Origin: Psammoneis japonica
Lineage: Eukaryota
Direction: 5' to 3'
Assembly: GCA_008632985.1 (NCBI GenBank)
Contig: QPGO01000279.1
Location: 1-64,000, forward strand
DNA length: 64,000 nt
The first letter of the stretch is position 1; each line of letters starts with the position of its first letter. Shown piece after piece: positions 63,671 to 64,000 of this stretch. The position numbers and the translations under genes are program-made. The notes beneath the pieces are model-generated. The model had not been told where the DNA came from. It was given only the letters and a program-made list of their open reading frames with translations, and made no database searches.

Positions 63671-64000
63671 TTTGCATGTGTGACATCCTCCTGCAGATTT
63701 CCTGTGCACAGCCATTTGCAAGCTTAACATGGGCCGACAGAGTTGCACTTTCTCACAGGGCAATTTTTCATCCAGATGCATGACTGGCAACATGCGATGA
63801 TTCACCAAAGGTTTTGGCTGCATTTTTTTTTGGTTGGCTGTGGGGAAGAATGGTGAGTTGTTGACAAACAAGATGATGCAGTGCAAGACCAACATTTGAA
63901 CCACAGCCAAACACTCCCCAGGAGCTGCCGCAACCTTGGCCATTGCATGTGCCAACGTGATGTTCATCAGTGGGGAAAACAAATTGTTTGATGTTCCCAA

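Noticed and set aside
63248..63727. 159-aa repeat-protein ORF, or a CRISPR-like array
   Set aside because: It is a plain 138-bp tandem repeat with no unique spacers; the open frame follows from stop depletion.
1..64000. Alternative genetic code (Cys/His codons read as Tyr)
   Set aside because: The host gene uses Tyr normally, paralogous TE copies differ at these sites, and non-coding DNA shows the same change.
1..64000. Classical RIP or CpG methylation alone as the explanation
   Set aside because: RIP increases TpA. CpG decay is present but cannot turn TAY into TGY or CAY.
1..64000. ADAR editing of retroelement RNA fixed by reverse transcription
   Set aside because: Both A>G and T>C occur in the same copy, and DNA transposons, TSDs and in-place duplicates are affected.

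Overview
Eukaryotic, most likely diatom or other stramenopile (inferred from CoDi-type Copia, diatom-type Gypsy and an Ambal-like LINE). About 90% of the window is a nested graveyard of transposable elements: Copia, Gypsy, LINE, a piggyBac-like element, a RecQ-carrying element with a 9-bp TSD, and non-autonomous elements with TTAA, TA and 8-bp TSDs. These surround one intact 4-exon host membrane-protein gene (17527-20397). The main signal is a mutational signature confined to the repeats. Besides ordinary CpG decay, TpA has been converted to TpG or CpA (A>G on either strand). Conserved Tyr becomes Cys/His, Leu becomes Pro/Ser, Val becomes Ala and Ile becomes Thr/Met. This is the opposite of fungal RIP. 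It is visible between post-insertion duplicates, TSDs and TIRs, so it acts on chromosomal DNA. It spares the host gene, a promoter-proximal MITE and some LTR cores. It may reflect an undescribed repeat-targeted adenine-mutagenesis (genome defence) system. All alignments and counts were done by eye; family assignments come from motif recognition, not database searches.
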